Origin: Candidatus Brocadia sp.
GTDB taxonomy: Bacteria > Planctomycetota > Brocadiia > Brocadiales > Brocadiaceae
DNA: 32,000 nt
Direction of reading: 5' to 3'
Assembly: GCA_021650915.1 (NCBI GenBank)
Contig: CP091279.1
Coordinates: 60,001-92,000, forward strand
In this document: in pieces, positions 18,601 through 28,476 of the stretch
Numbering within the stretch: position 1 is the stretch's first letter
Layout of the letters: the number at the start of each line of letters is the position of its first letter
Notes under the pieces: generated by a model
Database searches by the model: none
Told to the model about the DNA's origin: nothing
Seen by the model: only the letters and a program-made list of their open reading frames with translations
Program-made: the position numbers and the translations under genes

Positions 18601-18770
18601 TCAGGACTGGCGCCAGGAAGGCTGGCGCTTACCAGAAGTGTTGGAAAGTCAACGTTGGGGAGGTCGCTCACCGGCAGGAGCCGGTATCCTGCAATACCAA
18701 AGAGGAGTATCCCGATCATGACGAGAGTTGTCATGACCGGACGCCGGATAAAAGGCCCTGAAATATTCAC
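15633..18770 (-). CDS. RND efflux permease (AcrB/MdtB-like)
   Basis: 1045 aa; [80 protein letters not shown]. Confidence 0.93.
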   Translation of the reverse strand: [1045 protein letters not shown]

Positions 18771-18825
18771 AAATTCATCTCTCCTTTGTAATAGAGTAAA
18801 TGTTTAAATAAGTTGGCATGTGATA

Positions 18826-18889
18826 GTCATTGCGAGCGACAGTGAAGCAATCCAGCCCTTGAGATTGCTTCACTGTCGCTCGCAATGAC
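18826..18889. repeat. REP-type palindrome, 27-bp perfect arms
   Basis: GTCATTGCGAGCGACAGTGAAGCAATC (18826-18852) / GATTGCTTCACTGTCGCTCGCAATGAC (18863-18889). Confidence 0.9.
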
Positions 18890-19019
18890 AACTTTCCTTT
18901 TGCGCTCATGGTAGTTCGCCCCAACCCGTGCCTTTCCCAATCAAAAAAGCTTACAGTTGGCTAATTTTGCCGGGGAAACTAACCATGAACGGATGAGCAA
19001 TCCTTTAAATTACGCGAGA

Positions 19020-19137
19020 TATACTCAAGATGCTCATAAAATGTGAATTTTAAATTGATAATAGGTGGCGCATGGACAAAATCTGTTTGTCCATGTGGAA
19101 CTACTATAAATCCCAAATTGCAAGCCTATGGAGTATA
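19020..19137. repeat. 118-bp MITE-like element, copy 2
   Basis: TATACTC..GAGTATA; same body as 9818-9934. Confidence 0.85.
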
Positions 19138-19233
19138 GTATCGTGCTGGATGTTTCGGTGAGCCCTCTCACCGAAACATGAATTCATCCTCAGCGCCGAA
19201 ACGTCGGCCATTCCTTTGTTTTGTCTGGTGGCC

Positions 19234-20397
19234 TTACTCATAGGTGTCAACTTTTTGATTATGTATACCAGAACTGCTTTGCGCCAGGGACTCCAGGATG
19301 TTCTTAATTTCCACTTTACTTCCCTGGACAAGCTGGAATTGACCGTCAGTTACTACCTTCTCGCCGGGTTGAAGCCCTTTTGCGATAATCGTTTCCTGAT
19401 TGAAGCGGTTCCCTAAAACGACTGGCCGGAATTCCACGGTAAAATCGGGTCTGACGACAAAGACATAATTGCCTTCCTGGCCTATCTGGATTGCCTGGGA
19501 AGGAATTACGACTGCACCCGGTTGTGTAGTGAGTGTTAATACCACGTTAACGAACTGTTTTGGCCAGAGGGATTCGTCTTCGTTGACAAAGATTGCCTTA
19601 AGCAAAATGGTGCCCGTAGATTCATGTACTTCGTTATTTATGAAGGTCAGTTCTCCAGCGACTGAATCCATTTCATCTTTAGGAACAATCGCCTCTACTT
19701 TCAGGTTTTTCTGGGCCATGTATCTCCTGACTTCTGATAGCTCCTGTTCCGGCAAGGAAAATGTGACATATATCGGCTTCGTCTGATTAATTGTTACCAG
19801 TATGGTATCAATGTCTTTGACAATGTTGCCCTGATTAACCTCAAGTCTTCCGATACGGCCGTCTATAGGGGAACGGATATTGCAGTATCCAAGTTGAAGT
19901 CGGGCGTTTACCACAGCGGCCTCATCGGCCTTAACCGTCGCCCTGAAGGCTTCAAAATTGGTATGGTATTGGTCGTATTCCTGCTTGGAAACCACGCCGC
20001 TTTTCAGTAACGCATTGTACCGAAGTACATCCGCCTCTGCCTTTTTCATCTGGGCGGTATCTCGTGCCAGGTTAGCTTCAAATTGTTTGAGCGATGCCTT
20101 AAAAGGACGGGAATCGATCAGGAAAAGGAGATCCCCTTTTTTCACTTCCTGGCCTTCTTTGAAATAGACGCGTAACAGCTCTCCTTCGACCCGCGCCTTG
20201 ACCGATACGGTAGAATAAGCCTCTACGTTCCCAATGGTGTGTATTTGGATGGGGATGTCCTTTTGTTCAGCGATAGCCACGACAACCGGTATGGCGGCTG
20301 GCATCGCATGTTTCTCCTTTGCTCCGGGTGAACAAGCCGCAGCGAGGGTTATGATTCCCAGGATAAAACTGCATCTGATAATGAGAAAAGGGTTCAT
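19234..20397 (-). CDS. RND efflux periplasmic adaptor (membrane fusion protein)
   Basis: 387 aa; lipobox-like ITLAAACSPG, VSVKARVEGELLRVYFKEGQEVKKGDLLFLIDSRPF, NIRSPIDGRIGRLEVNQGNIV. Confidence 0.92.
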   Translation of the reverse strand: MNPFLIIRCSFILGIITLAAACSPGAKEKHAMPAAIPVVVAIAEQKDIPIQIHTIGNVEAYSTVSVKARVEGELLRVYFKEGQEVKKGDLLFLIDSRPFKASLKQFEANLARDTAQMKKAEADVLRYNALLKSGVVSKQEYDQYHTNFEAFRATVKADEAAVVNARLQLGYCNIRSPIDGRIGRLEVNQGNIVKDIDTILVTINQTKPIYVTFSLPEQELSEVRRYMAQKNLKVEAIVPKDEMDSVAGELTFINNEVHESTGTILLKAIFVNEDESLWPKQFVNVVLTLTTQPGAVVIPSQAIQIGQEGNYVFVVRPDFTVEFRPVVLGNRFNQETIIAKGLQPGEKVVTDGQFQLVQGSKVEIKNILESLAQSSSGIHNQKVDTYE

Positions 20398-20418
20398 TTC
20401 GTTGTTCCTTTAATAAAG

Positions 20419-20478
20419 ATTACTACCCAAATCCTGCACACAAAGCATGGCCTTTGTGTGCAGGACTTGGGTAGTAAT
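20419..20478. repeat. Long near-perfect hairpin upstream of the adaptor gene
   Basis: ATTACTACCCAAATCCTGCACACAAAG (20419-20445) / CTTTGTGTGCAGGACTTGGGTAGTAAT (20452-20478), 26/27 complementary. Confidence 0.85.
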
Positions 20479-20575
20479 ATCAATCACGGTTTCCCTATAG
20501 TAAAGAGGGAACCCGGGTGTGTAAAGAAGCCTTAAACGCGTCCCCGGCCGGAAAACAAAGGCGTCTCCGTTTAAC

Positions 20576-21343
20576 CTATCTTACAGATAGTTGTGCCGGG
20601 TCTTGCTGATAATAAAGTTTTAACTCTTCGTAAAGCTCAGGATGTTTTCGTTTGAGTTGTATGGCTTTTTCGAAGAAACATTCCGTTGCCACGGCAAAAA
20701 ATTCCGCGGGATTTGTGGCGCCGTACTTGTCCAGCATAGTCCGCCGGCCATGTTTGGCATCTTGTTGTAAATGTAGATATTCTGCGCCAAGCACACGTGC
20801 CCACGCAACATACATCGAACGGCGCGGCAAAATGGGCGACCCATGGGCAGCTCCACCCTCCTGATCCAGCTGATGTGCAAACTCATGCAGGACAACGTTG
20901 TGACCATCATGAATATCAGCCGCACCCCGAAGCACGTCATCCCATGACAGGACAACTGCCCCATGATGCCATGATTCGCCAAGTCTGACAGAATCACCCT
21001 CACGTATAATTCCACCTGCCGACTCAGACACATGCGCTATATATGCGCTTGGATACACTAATATCGAAATCATGGTTGGGTAGTAGTCCGTATCCCGGTG
21101 TAAGAGAAGCAGGCATGCCTGCGCCGCAATGGTGACCTTCATTTCATCCGTTATTTGCAAACCGCCACAGCCCTCGAAACGCTTTTCAGCAAGGAATACC
21201 TGGATATGCCCCTGCAGTTCCCGCCGATCGGCCTCCGGCAGATAACGATAGTATGGGACATTCCGCTCAATGATTTTAAGCCATGCCTGGGGTAATGGAA
21301 CAGAGTGCAGGTGATCACGACGCCGATGCTTAAAGCCAAACAT
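20576..21343 (-). CDS. mtfA: MtfA-family zinc-dependent peptidase
   Basis: 255 aa; NVVLHEFAHQLDQEGGAAHG, AEFFAVATECFFEKAIQL. Confidence 0.85.
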   Translation of the reverse strand: MFGFKHRRRDHLHSVPLPQAWLKIIERNVPYYRYLPEADRRELQGHIQVFLAEKRFEGCGGLQITDEMKVTIAAQACLLLLHRDTDYYPTMISILVYPSAYIAHVSESAGGIIREGDSVRLGESWHHGAVVLSWDDVLRGAADIHDGHNVVLHEFAHQLDQEGGAAHGSPILPRRSMYVAWARVLGAEYLHLQQDAKHGRRTMLDKYGATNPAEFFAVATECFFEKAIQLKRKHPELYEELKLYYQQDPAQLSVR

Positions 21344-21840
21344 ACTGAAAATCCCTTACTCATCATATCCCTTAAATGTTATTACTTTTCAGCACAAAAA
21401 AATATTCTACCTAAATCCTGCAGACAAGGCAAGGCCTTGTTGCAGGATTTAGCCGGAAATGGCAGAATTTCCAAGAGATTTCAGGGTGTTGTAAGAATAA
21501 AAACCCTTGAACAGAACGAGTCGGAAAAAACGAGCTGCCCCTGTCAGGGTTCAAAACCCTGACGGGGGTATGTCTGTTCATAATAATATTTATGGTCTGT
21601 TGTCTTCTTATCTTCTTGCGTCCCCGAATTTACATGGTAGGGGCGCGGATATTTATTTGGCTAAATTACGGGCTGCGGATTATAATATTCAGGAATATGT
21701 TTCCGTAGGTTAACATACTACAAATATTACGTCCGGGTAATAGAAGTTATTATTGGGAGTATGTGTTGTGTGTTTTCATTGAACGGTGTCGTGTAGTTAT
21801 GCAAATTGCACATTATGAGGTTGGATAAAGGTATCTGGCG

Positions 21841-23883
21841 ATGGACATAAGAGTATTTTTTAAGCGGATAATTTTTAAAAATATTGAGCGATGGATTAAT
21901 TACCGTGGTATGTCCGAGTCTCTTATCCTTATCTGCGCGGCACTTCTTGTTGGTATTGCCAGCGGTTCTGGCGTATTGCTTTTTAAAAAGATGATTAAGC
22001 TGGTACACTGGGGTATGTTCAATGGTTTTGGATTCATCTTGTTGTTTTTTGGTCATTGGACGTTCATGCTTGTGCCTGTTATGCCTCTCGCGGGCGGTCT
22101 TGTCGTCGGATTGATTGTTCGGTATTCCTTGCGTGAGGATCGCTATCATGGGGTAGCAGGTGTGATGGAGTCAGTGGCATTAGCAGGGGGGAGGCTTTAT
22201 TATCGACTTTTACCGGCAAAAACAATTGCAGCGTCTCTATCCATCGGTTCTGGCGCATCTGTCGGGCCAGAGGATCCTTCAGTACAAATTGGATCAAATC
22301 TTGGCTCAATGTTTGGGCAACTCTTGCGTTTTTCTGATGAACGGGTGCGTGTGCTCGTTGCGGCGGGTGCAGCAAGTGGAGTTGCCGCTGCCTTTAATGC
22401 TCCGATTGCAAGCGTATTTTTTGCGCTGGAAATAATCATAGGAGAATTGAGCAGCAAGGCGTTTGGCATCATAGCCTTGTCGGCTGTGGTATCATCGGTG
22501 TTCACGCAAGCTATATCAGGTCCAGAGCCTGCATTTCACGTTCCAGCCTATGCATTGCATTCAGTATGGGAACTGCCGTTGTATTTAGGATTAGGGGTGA
22601 TATCCGGACCCATTGCGGCAATATATACTCGTTTACTGTATGCTGCCCGCGATATTTTCAATCAATGGCGCATCCCCCGTTGGCTTAAGCCTGCAATTGC
22701 CGGTCTTATTGTTGGCCTTGTGGGAATTTATCTGCCTCATGTGTTTGGCGAAGGATACGAAACGATTGAAAAAATTCTCGATGCAAAACCCCTGGCATTA
22801 AGTCTTTTGCTTCTATTGCTGATAGCTAAACTTTTTCTAACCCCGATAAGTATTGGCGGCGGCTTTTTTGGCGGCGTATTTGCTCCGTCCCTATTCCTGG
22901 GGGCAACAGCCGGGGGGGCTTATGGACTCATTGTCCAGCAGCTTTTTCCTGCTCTTCATATTGCGCCACCTGCGTTTGCTATGGTGGGAATGGCAGCCGT
23001 TCTTGCTGGCGCAGTGCATGCTCCGCTTACCGCAATTATTCTCCTGTTTGAAATGACGAATAATTATAAGATTATTTTGCCCTTAATGTTTGCCGTGACT
23101 GTCAGTCTTTACCTTTCTCGTTATTTACAACGTGACTCTATATATACCTTTGGTTTGGCGCGTAAGGGCATACGTCTGGAGCACGGGCGCGTTGTAGACA
23201 TACTGGAGTCAATTAATGTGGATGAGATTATGGAGAAGAATGTTGTGACGTTACGTGAGGCTGATTCGTTAATAACAGCGTCCAATTTACTTCTGCAAAC
23301 ACGACATCGTAGTTTACCGGTGCTGAATGAAGCAGGAGAACTCGCCGGAATTCTTACTGTGCAGGATATTGAGCGTGCGCAGAATGAAGGCGATAACAAA
23401 GATTGCACCGTTGGCGAAACCTGTACGCGAGAATTGCTTCTTGCACATCCTGATGAAACAATTGGCGCCGCATTGCGCCGCATGGGGATTCGCGATCTGG
23501 ACAGCTTACCCGTTGTGTTGCGTAACAATCAAAGTTGTTTGGTAGGCTTGTTGAGTAGCACGGACATAGTGCGTGCCTATGATCTGGCATTAACCCGCCG
23601 TGAGCAAATTAAACATCGTGCACACCAGGTACACCTTAATACTGTTGGAGGTGTAAACGTGGAAAAAATTACGGTGGAGTCCGGCTCACACTGTGCAAAC
23701 AAACAGATTCGGGAGGTGACCTGGCCTCGAGAATCAGTGATCGCAACCGTTCGAAGAGGGAGAAAAATATTTATTCCGGATGGTGATACAATCTTAAAAG
23801 AAGGCGATGTGTTGGTGATTGTGGCGGATATCGAAATACGTGAACAAATTCAACGCCTTTGTTCACCTGTAAGAGCTGTTTAA
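21841..23883 (+). CDS. CLC chloride channel/transporter with CBS pair and TrkA-C-like C-terminus
   Basis: 680 aa; GSGASVGPEDPSVQIGS, GGGFFGGVFAPSLFLGA; CBS region VDEIMEKNVVTLREADSL; C-terminal RRGRKIFIPDGDTILKEGDVLVIVAD. Confidence 0.9.
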   Translation: MDIRVFFKRIIFKNIERWINYRGMSESLILICAALLVGIASGSGVLLFKKMIKLVHWGMFNGFGFILLFFGHWTFMLVPVMPLAGGLVVGLIVRYSLREDRYHGVAGVMESVALAGGRLYYRLLPAKTIAASLSIGSGASVGPEDPSVQIGSNLGSMFGQLLRFSDERVRVLVAAGAASGVAAAFNAPIASVFFALEIIIGELSSKAFGIIALSAVVSSVFTQAISGPEPAFHVPAYALHSVWELPLYLGLGVISGPIAAIYTRLLYAARDIFNQWRIPRWLKPAIAGLIVGLVGIYLPHVFGEGYETIEKILDAKPLALSLLLLLLIAKLFLTPISIGGGFFGGVFAPSLFLGATAGGAYGLIVQQLFPALHIAPPAFAMVGMAAVLAGAVHAPLTAIILLFEMTNNYKIILPLMFAVTVSLYLSRYLQRDSIYTFGLARKGIRLEHGRVVDILESINVDEIMEKNVVTLREADSLITASNLLLQTRHRSLPVLNEAGELAGILTVQDIERAQNEGDNKDCTVGETCTRELLLAHPDETIGAALRRMGIRDLDSLPVVLRNNQSCLVGLLSSTDIVRAYDLALTRREQIKHRAHQVHLNTVGGVNVEKITVESGSHCANKQIREVTWPRESVIATVRRGRKIFIPDGDTILKEGDVLVIVADIEIREQIQRLCSPVRAV

Positions 23884-23935
23884 TATCGTTTTTGCCAGGA
23901 ATGTCAAAATATTTTTTGATGATGGTTATTGAAAG

Positions 23936-26668
23936 ATGTCACAAGATGAATCTATAAGAGCTTCAGAGGTGTTAGCAGGGCAAGGGGAAAAGGTTTTATT
24001 GCCGGCGCTTGATCTCTTGGAACATATAAGTGAACCGATAGGCAAGTATCCATACCAGGGATGGGAGTCCTTGTATCGCGAACAACTGGATTATGACTAT
24101 TTTGGCAGAACGACTCACTCGGTGAATTGCACCGGCTCTTGTACCTGGAAGGTTTACGTTAAAAACAACATAGCGTTTAAGGAAGAACAGTATGCGGATT
24201 ACCCCGATATCAATGCGAGTCTTCCCACATATAATCCCCGGGGATGCCAGAAAGGCGCTAACTACAAAGAATATGTATACGGTCCCCAGCGCTTGAAGTA
24301 TCCTCTGATGCGAGCAGGCGCCCGTGGCGAAGGAAAATGGAGAAAAGCCTCATGGGAAGAGGCTACGAGTTATATCGCAAACAAAATGGTCAATGCCATA
24401 TCCAACTACGGTCCTGACACCGTGACATTCTATTCGGCTAATCCTGCCAAGTTTGCGATTACGTATACCGGAGGGGTAAGGCTGGCGAACTTGATTGGCG
24501 CCGTGGTATGCAGCTTCTATGACTGGGTATCTGACCTGCCTCCGGGCGAACCCATAACCTGGGGTGTACAGACCGACTCCTGTGAGGCGGCTGATTGGTT
24601 TAACTCAAAATACATCATCGTGTGGGGGTCAAACATCCTGGAAACACGCATCCCTGATGCCCATTTCCTGACCGAGGCACGAATGCACGGAACCAGGATC
24701 GTAGCCATCTTCCCGGAATACAACCCGACTTCAATCCATGCCGACATGTATGTCCCTGTAAAGCCTGGCACTGACTGCGCTCTGGCTTTGTGTATGGCAA
24801 ATGTGATCATGAACGAAAAGCTTTACGATGAGACTTATATAAAACAGTACACCGACATGCCCATACTCGTCAGGATGGATAGCGGGAAGTTTCTCAGGGA
24901 AAATGATATGGTACAGGACGGGAGTCCGGATAAATTTTACGTCTGGGATCTGAGTCTTGATAGACCTGCTCTTGTGCCCGGTACCAAGGGAACGCTGAAT
25001 ACGATCGGCTGGACATTGAATCTGGGTTCAATGAACCCGGCCCTCGAAGGAACATTCACAATCAACACCCTGTCTGGCGAGATAAAGGTAACTACGGTTT
25101 TTTCCTTGCTCAAACAGAAACTCGCAACGTATGATCCTCCGCACGTATCTGTCATTACGGGTGTGGATGCCGACCTTGTCACACAGATAGCCCGCGAATT
25201 TGCAAAGACAAAACCCGCCAGGATTATCGGGGGCGCCGGAACAAACCATCATTATCATAATGACCTCATGAGCCGAAGCCATATACTGCTTGCAGCCATG
25301 ACGGGAAATGTCGGAATACAGGGCGGGGGCTTCGACTACTATGTAGGACAGGAGAGATTCTGGCCCGAAGATGGGTTCGTAAAGCTTGCGTATCCGCTCG
25401 GTCGATCAAAACAGCGGTTCCAGCCCACGACGCTCTGGACATATGTACATGCGCATATTGCCTCCGAGGTTAATAATCTCTGGCCGCGCCCCATGATAGA
25501 TTATATACGTGAAAGCGTGAGCAACGGCTGGATGCCACTCTATCCAGAAGGGACTCTCGACAACGGCAAGTCGCCCAAGGTTCTTATTATATGGGGAGCC
25601 AATTACCTAAACCAGGCGAAGGGATTTGAATCCATATTGACAAATCTTTGGCCAAAGCTCGATCTTATTGTGGATATCGACTTCCGCATGAATACAACGG
25701 GGTTGTATGCAGATGTGATTCTGCCGGCCGCCAGTATGTTTGAGAAGTGGGACCTCAGTGTTACCGATCTTCATTCATACATTAACCCCTTTACACCCAT
25801 TATCGAACCGCAGATGGATAGCAAAACTGATTGGCAGATCTGGCAGCTTTTGGCTAAAGCGCTACAGGATACAAAGTTCTCTTTTACCGATATATTGCCG
25901 GGCGGAATCACGCTTACCCGCGATTTTTCGACACTGGTGAACGATTTTACCGAAAATGGCAGTCTTGCATCAGACAAGAGCGCGGGGCAGTGTATCCTGG
26001 ATAATGCAGTGGAAACGAAAGGCATGACTATGGATGGAATTAACCAACAGCCCAGACGCTTTGTGGCTACACATGAGGAAAGGACAAGTGATATAAAGGA
26101 AGGTGTCGCGTACTACGGTTTTCAAAGGATGTATGAACTGAAACGACCTCTCTCCACGCTGACCGGACGTCAACAATTCTATATCGACCATCAGTGGTTC
26201 CTCGATTTTGGTGAACAATTGCCCGCATACAAACCGCCGGTTGATGAGGATAAATATCCGCTTCGCTGGAACACTCCGCATGGCCGCTGGAGTATTCATT
26301 CTGTATGGCGGGATGCAAAGTATCAGTTGCGACTTCAGAGAGGGCGTCCTATCGTGCATCTGAATCCAGCCGAAGCTCAGGCTCGTAGCCTGGCTGACAA
26401 TGATGCAATTGAAATTTATAACGACCACGGAAAGATAGTTGCCCAACTTTGTATTTCTCAACGGATACCGGCAGGCATGGCTCATATGTATCATGGTTGG
26501 GAACGTTATAATTTCGAAAAAGGGGGATTCCAGAGTCCAACAACGATCCGCATGAAACCGACACAACTTGTCGGTGGCTATGGACAGCTTGAGTTCCGGT
26601 TTAACTATTGGGGTCCAACTGCAAGCCAAAGGGATACTCGCGTCAATATTCGTAAATACATTTCCTAG
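23936..26668 (+). CDS. Molybdopterin oxidoreductase alpha subunit, NarG/DdhA/SerA-like (type II DMSO reductase family)
   Basis: 910 aa; HSVNCTGSCTWKVYVKNNIAFKEEQYADYP, WGVQTDSCEAADWFNSKYIIVWGSNILETRIPDAHFLTEAR, then beta, gamma and chaperone genes. Confidence 0.9.
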   Translation: MSQDESIRASEVLAGQGEKVLLPALDLLEHISEPIGKYPYQGWESLYREQLDYDYFGRTTHSVNCTGSCTWKVYVKNNIAFKEEQYADYPDINASLPTYNPRGCQKGANYKEYVYGPQRLKYPLMRAGARGEGKWRKASWEEATSYIANKMVNAISNYGPDTVTFYSANPAKFAITYTGGVRLANLIGAVVCSFYDWVSDLPPGEPITWGVQTDSCEAADWFNSKYIIVWGSNILETRIPDAHFLTEARMHGTRIVAIFPEYNPTSIHADMYVPVKPGTDCALALCMANVIMNEKLYDETYIKQYTDMPILVRMDSGKFLRENDMVQDGSPDKFYVWDLSLDRPALVPGTKGTLNTIGWTLNLGSMNPALEGTFTINTLSGEIKVTTVFSLLKQKLATYDPPHVSVITGVDADLVTQIAREFAKTKPARIIGGAGTNHHYHNDLMSRSHILLAAMTGNVGIQGGGFDYYVGQERFWPEDGFVKLAYPLGRSKQRFQPTTLWTYVHAHIASEVNNLWPRPMIDYIRESVSNGWMPLYPEGTLDNGKSPKVLIIWGANYLNQAKGFESILTNLWPKLDLIVDIDFRMNTTGLYADVILPAASMFEKWDLSVTDLHSYINPFTPIIEPQMDSKTDWQIWQLLAKALQDTKFSFTDILPGGITLTRDFSTLVNDFTENGSLASDKSAGQCILDNAVETKGMTMDGINQQPRRFVATHEERTSDIKEGVAYYGFQRMYELKRPLSTLTGRQQFYIDHQWFLDFGEQLPAYKPPVDEDKYPLRWNTPHGRWSIHSVWRDAKYQLRLQRGRPIVHLNPAEAQARSLADNDAIEIYNDHGKIVAQLCISQRIPAGMAHMYHGWERYNFEKGGFQSPTTIRMKPTQLVGGYGQLEFRFNYWGPTASQRDTRVNIRKYIS

Positions 26669-26681
26669 GAGGTAGAGTTCC

Positions 26682-27716
26682 TTGCCGATAATGAAACAGA
26701 TAAGGATGGTGGCCGATCTCAATAAGTGCCTCGGATGCCAGACGTGTACAATGTCATGCAAAACGATGTGGACGGATAGAAACCAGGGACAAACACATAT
26801 GTACTGGATTAATGTGGAAACCAGGCCCGGCAAGGGATATCCAAAAAACTGGGAAACCCAGGGCGGCTGGTTTACTGCTGACAGAAACAACATTCCCCTT
26901 CCTAATATCAACGAGGATTATGGCGCTCCGTGGGAATATAACCATCATGAAGTACTGAAAACGGAGGGCGGAGACTCCCAGGCTTCAAATTTAATTCCGT
27001 CCCCCGTGCCTTCCGGAAGTAATGCTTATGCCAGCAACTGGGATGAGGATGTTGGCAAGGGGACATTCCCGAATTCCTATTATTTCTATCTGCCTCGTAT
27101 CTGCAACCATTGTACCGATCCACCCTGTTTGGAGGCCTGCCCGCGCCAGGCGATTTATAAACGCAAGGAAGATGGGATTGTCTTGATCGATCCGAAGAGA
27201 TGCAGAGGCTACCGCTATTGTATTAAAGGGTGTCCTTATAAGAAGATCTACTACAACCCGGTAGAAAAGATATCTCAGAAGTGTATCTTCTGTTATCCCA
27301 GGATCGAGCAACGGAAAGGAAATTTCTGTGCAGCCCAGTGTGTAGGCCGCATATACTGGGTTGGCTATGCCGAGGATGCCAACAGCAACGTCTATAAACT
27401 GGTGAACAAATGGAAGGTAGCCTTACGGCTTCATCCTGAATACAAAACCGAACCGAACGTGTTTTATATTCCGCCTCTTAGCCCACCGACGTATTCATTT
27501 GCGGGTAAGCTGACCACAAGTCCACGCATCCCTATTGAGATGTTGGCAAAAATGTTCGGAGATACGTACGATCAGAGCTATGATCAACGAGTCGCCCGTA
27601 TCAGGCAAATCTCTGACATTATCCAAAGTGAGCGGGAGAAGGTCTCGTCTGGAGGCAGTTCGGAATTGATTGATATATTAATTTCACGTTCAGAGACAGA
27701 ACGGTTTCAATTATGA
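26682..27716 (+). CDS. NarH/DdhB-like iron-sulfur beta subunit
   Basis: Four Cys motifs: CLGCQTCTMSCK, CNHCTDPPCLEACP, CRGYRYCIKGCPYKKIYY, CIFCYPRIEQRKGNFCAAQCVGR. Confidence 0.92.
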   Translation: MPIMKQIRMVADLNKCLGCQTCTMSCKTMWTDRNQGQTHMYWINVETRPGKGYPKNWETQGGWFTADRNNIPLPNINEDYGAPWEYNHHEVLKTEGGDSQASNLIPSPVPSGSNAYASNWDEDVGKGTFPNSYYFYLPRICNHCTDPPCLEACPRQAIYKRKEDGIVLIDPKRCRGYRYCIKGCPYKKIYYNPVEKISQKCIFCYPRIEQRKGNFCAAQCVGRIYWVGYAEDANSNVYKLVNKWKVALRLHPEYKTEPNVFYIPPLSPPTYSFAGKLTTSPRIPIEMLAKMFGDTYDQSYDQRVARIRQISDIIQSEREKVSSGGSSELIDILISRSETERFQL

Positions 27717-27735
27717 ACAGGAGGCTGCTTTAATC

Positions 27736-28395
27736 ATGGCCATCCATAACCTCAGTGGCTCTTCGAGAGCTATTACAGCCGTATTTGTACCCGGGCCAAT
27801 AACCATCAACCTGGCAGACCCTGCATGGGCTCATGCCCAGGAAATGACCATTAGTCTCAGCAGGAGACTTCATGAATCAGGCGCGAGACTGCCATCCGAG
27901 GCAGAAAAGAGCAGGGATGTTAAAATAAAAGTGGTGCACAATGCCACGGATATCTTTTTTCTATGCCAGTGGAAGCAGAGCACGGCACATATTACGGTAG
28001 ATGATTACACCCTTTTTGCCGATGCCTTTGCCATAGAAATCCCCCTCATCACAGAAGAGAGCCCTCTCTGGATGGGCGCCGCGGATAAACCGGTAAACAT
28101 AATTTATTGGAGGGCGGATCTGCCTGGTCCTGAGAATATTGTTGGTGGCGGCATAGGCACTACTCAGAAGAGCCCGGATGCAGTCTCTCAGAACATCAGG
28201 CATTTCCAACGATGGGCCAATGGGGTGTGGAGTCTGATTATAACCCGACCTATGGCCGCTTCCTCGAATAACCAGGTCTCTTTTGCAAGGGGTGGCAGTT
28301 ACAGAGTAGCCTTTGCCAACTGGAAGGGTGGAATCGATGCCGAACGAGGGGGCAACAAAATTGTCTCAGATTGGCAACATCTTTCCATCAGATGA
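27736..28395 (+). CDS. Type II DMSO reductase family gamma-like (b-heme-binding) subunit
   Basis: Position in operon; DVKIKVVHNATDIFFLCQWKQST, GVWSLIITRPM, VAFANWKGG, resembling EbdC/DdhC-type heme domains. Confidence 0.7.
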   Translation: MAIHNLSGSSRAITAVFVPGPITINLADPAWAHAQEMTISLSRRLHESGARLPSEAEKSRDVKIKVVHNATDIFFLCQWKQSTAHITVDDYTLFADAFAIEIPLITEESPLWMGAADKPVNIIYWRADLPGPENIVGGGIGTTQKSPDAVSQNIRHFQRWANGVWSLIITRPMAASSNNQVSFARGGSYRVAFANWKGGIDAERGGNKIVSDWQHLSIR

Positions 28396-28476
28396 TGCTT
28401 TAAATTCAACCAATTGGAGGAAATTGGAGGGGGTCAGCTTCCAACCTGCCAATCCTGATTGCATCCGGAGTAATTA

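Noticed and set aside
25970-26911. 313-aa minus-strand ORF
   Set aside because: Antisense to the molybdoenzyme alpha and beta genes, which have clear motifs.
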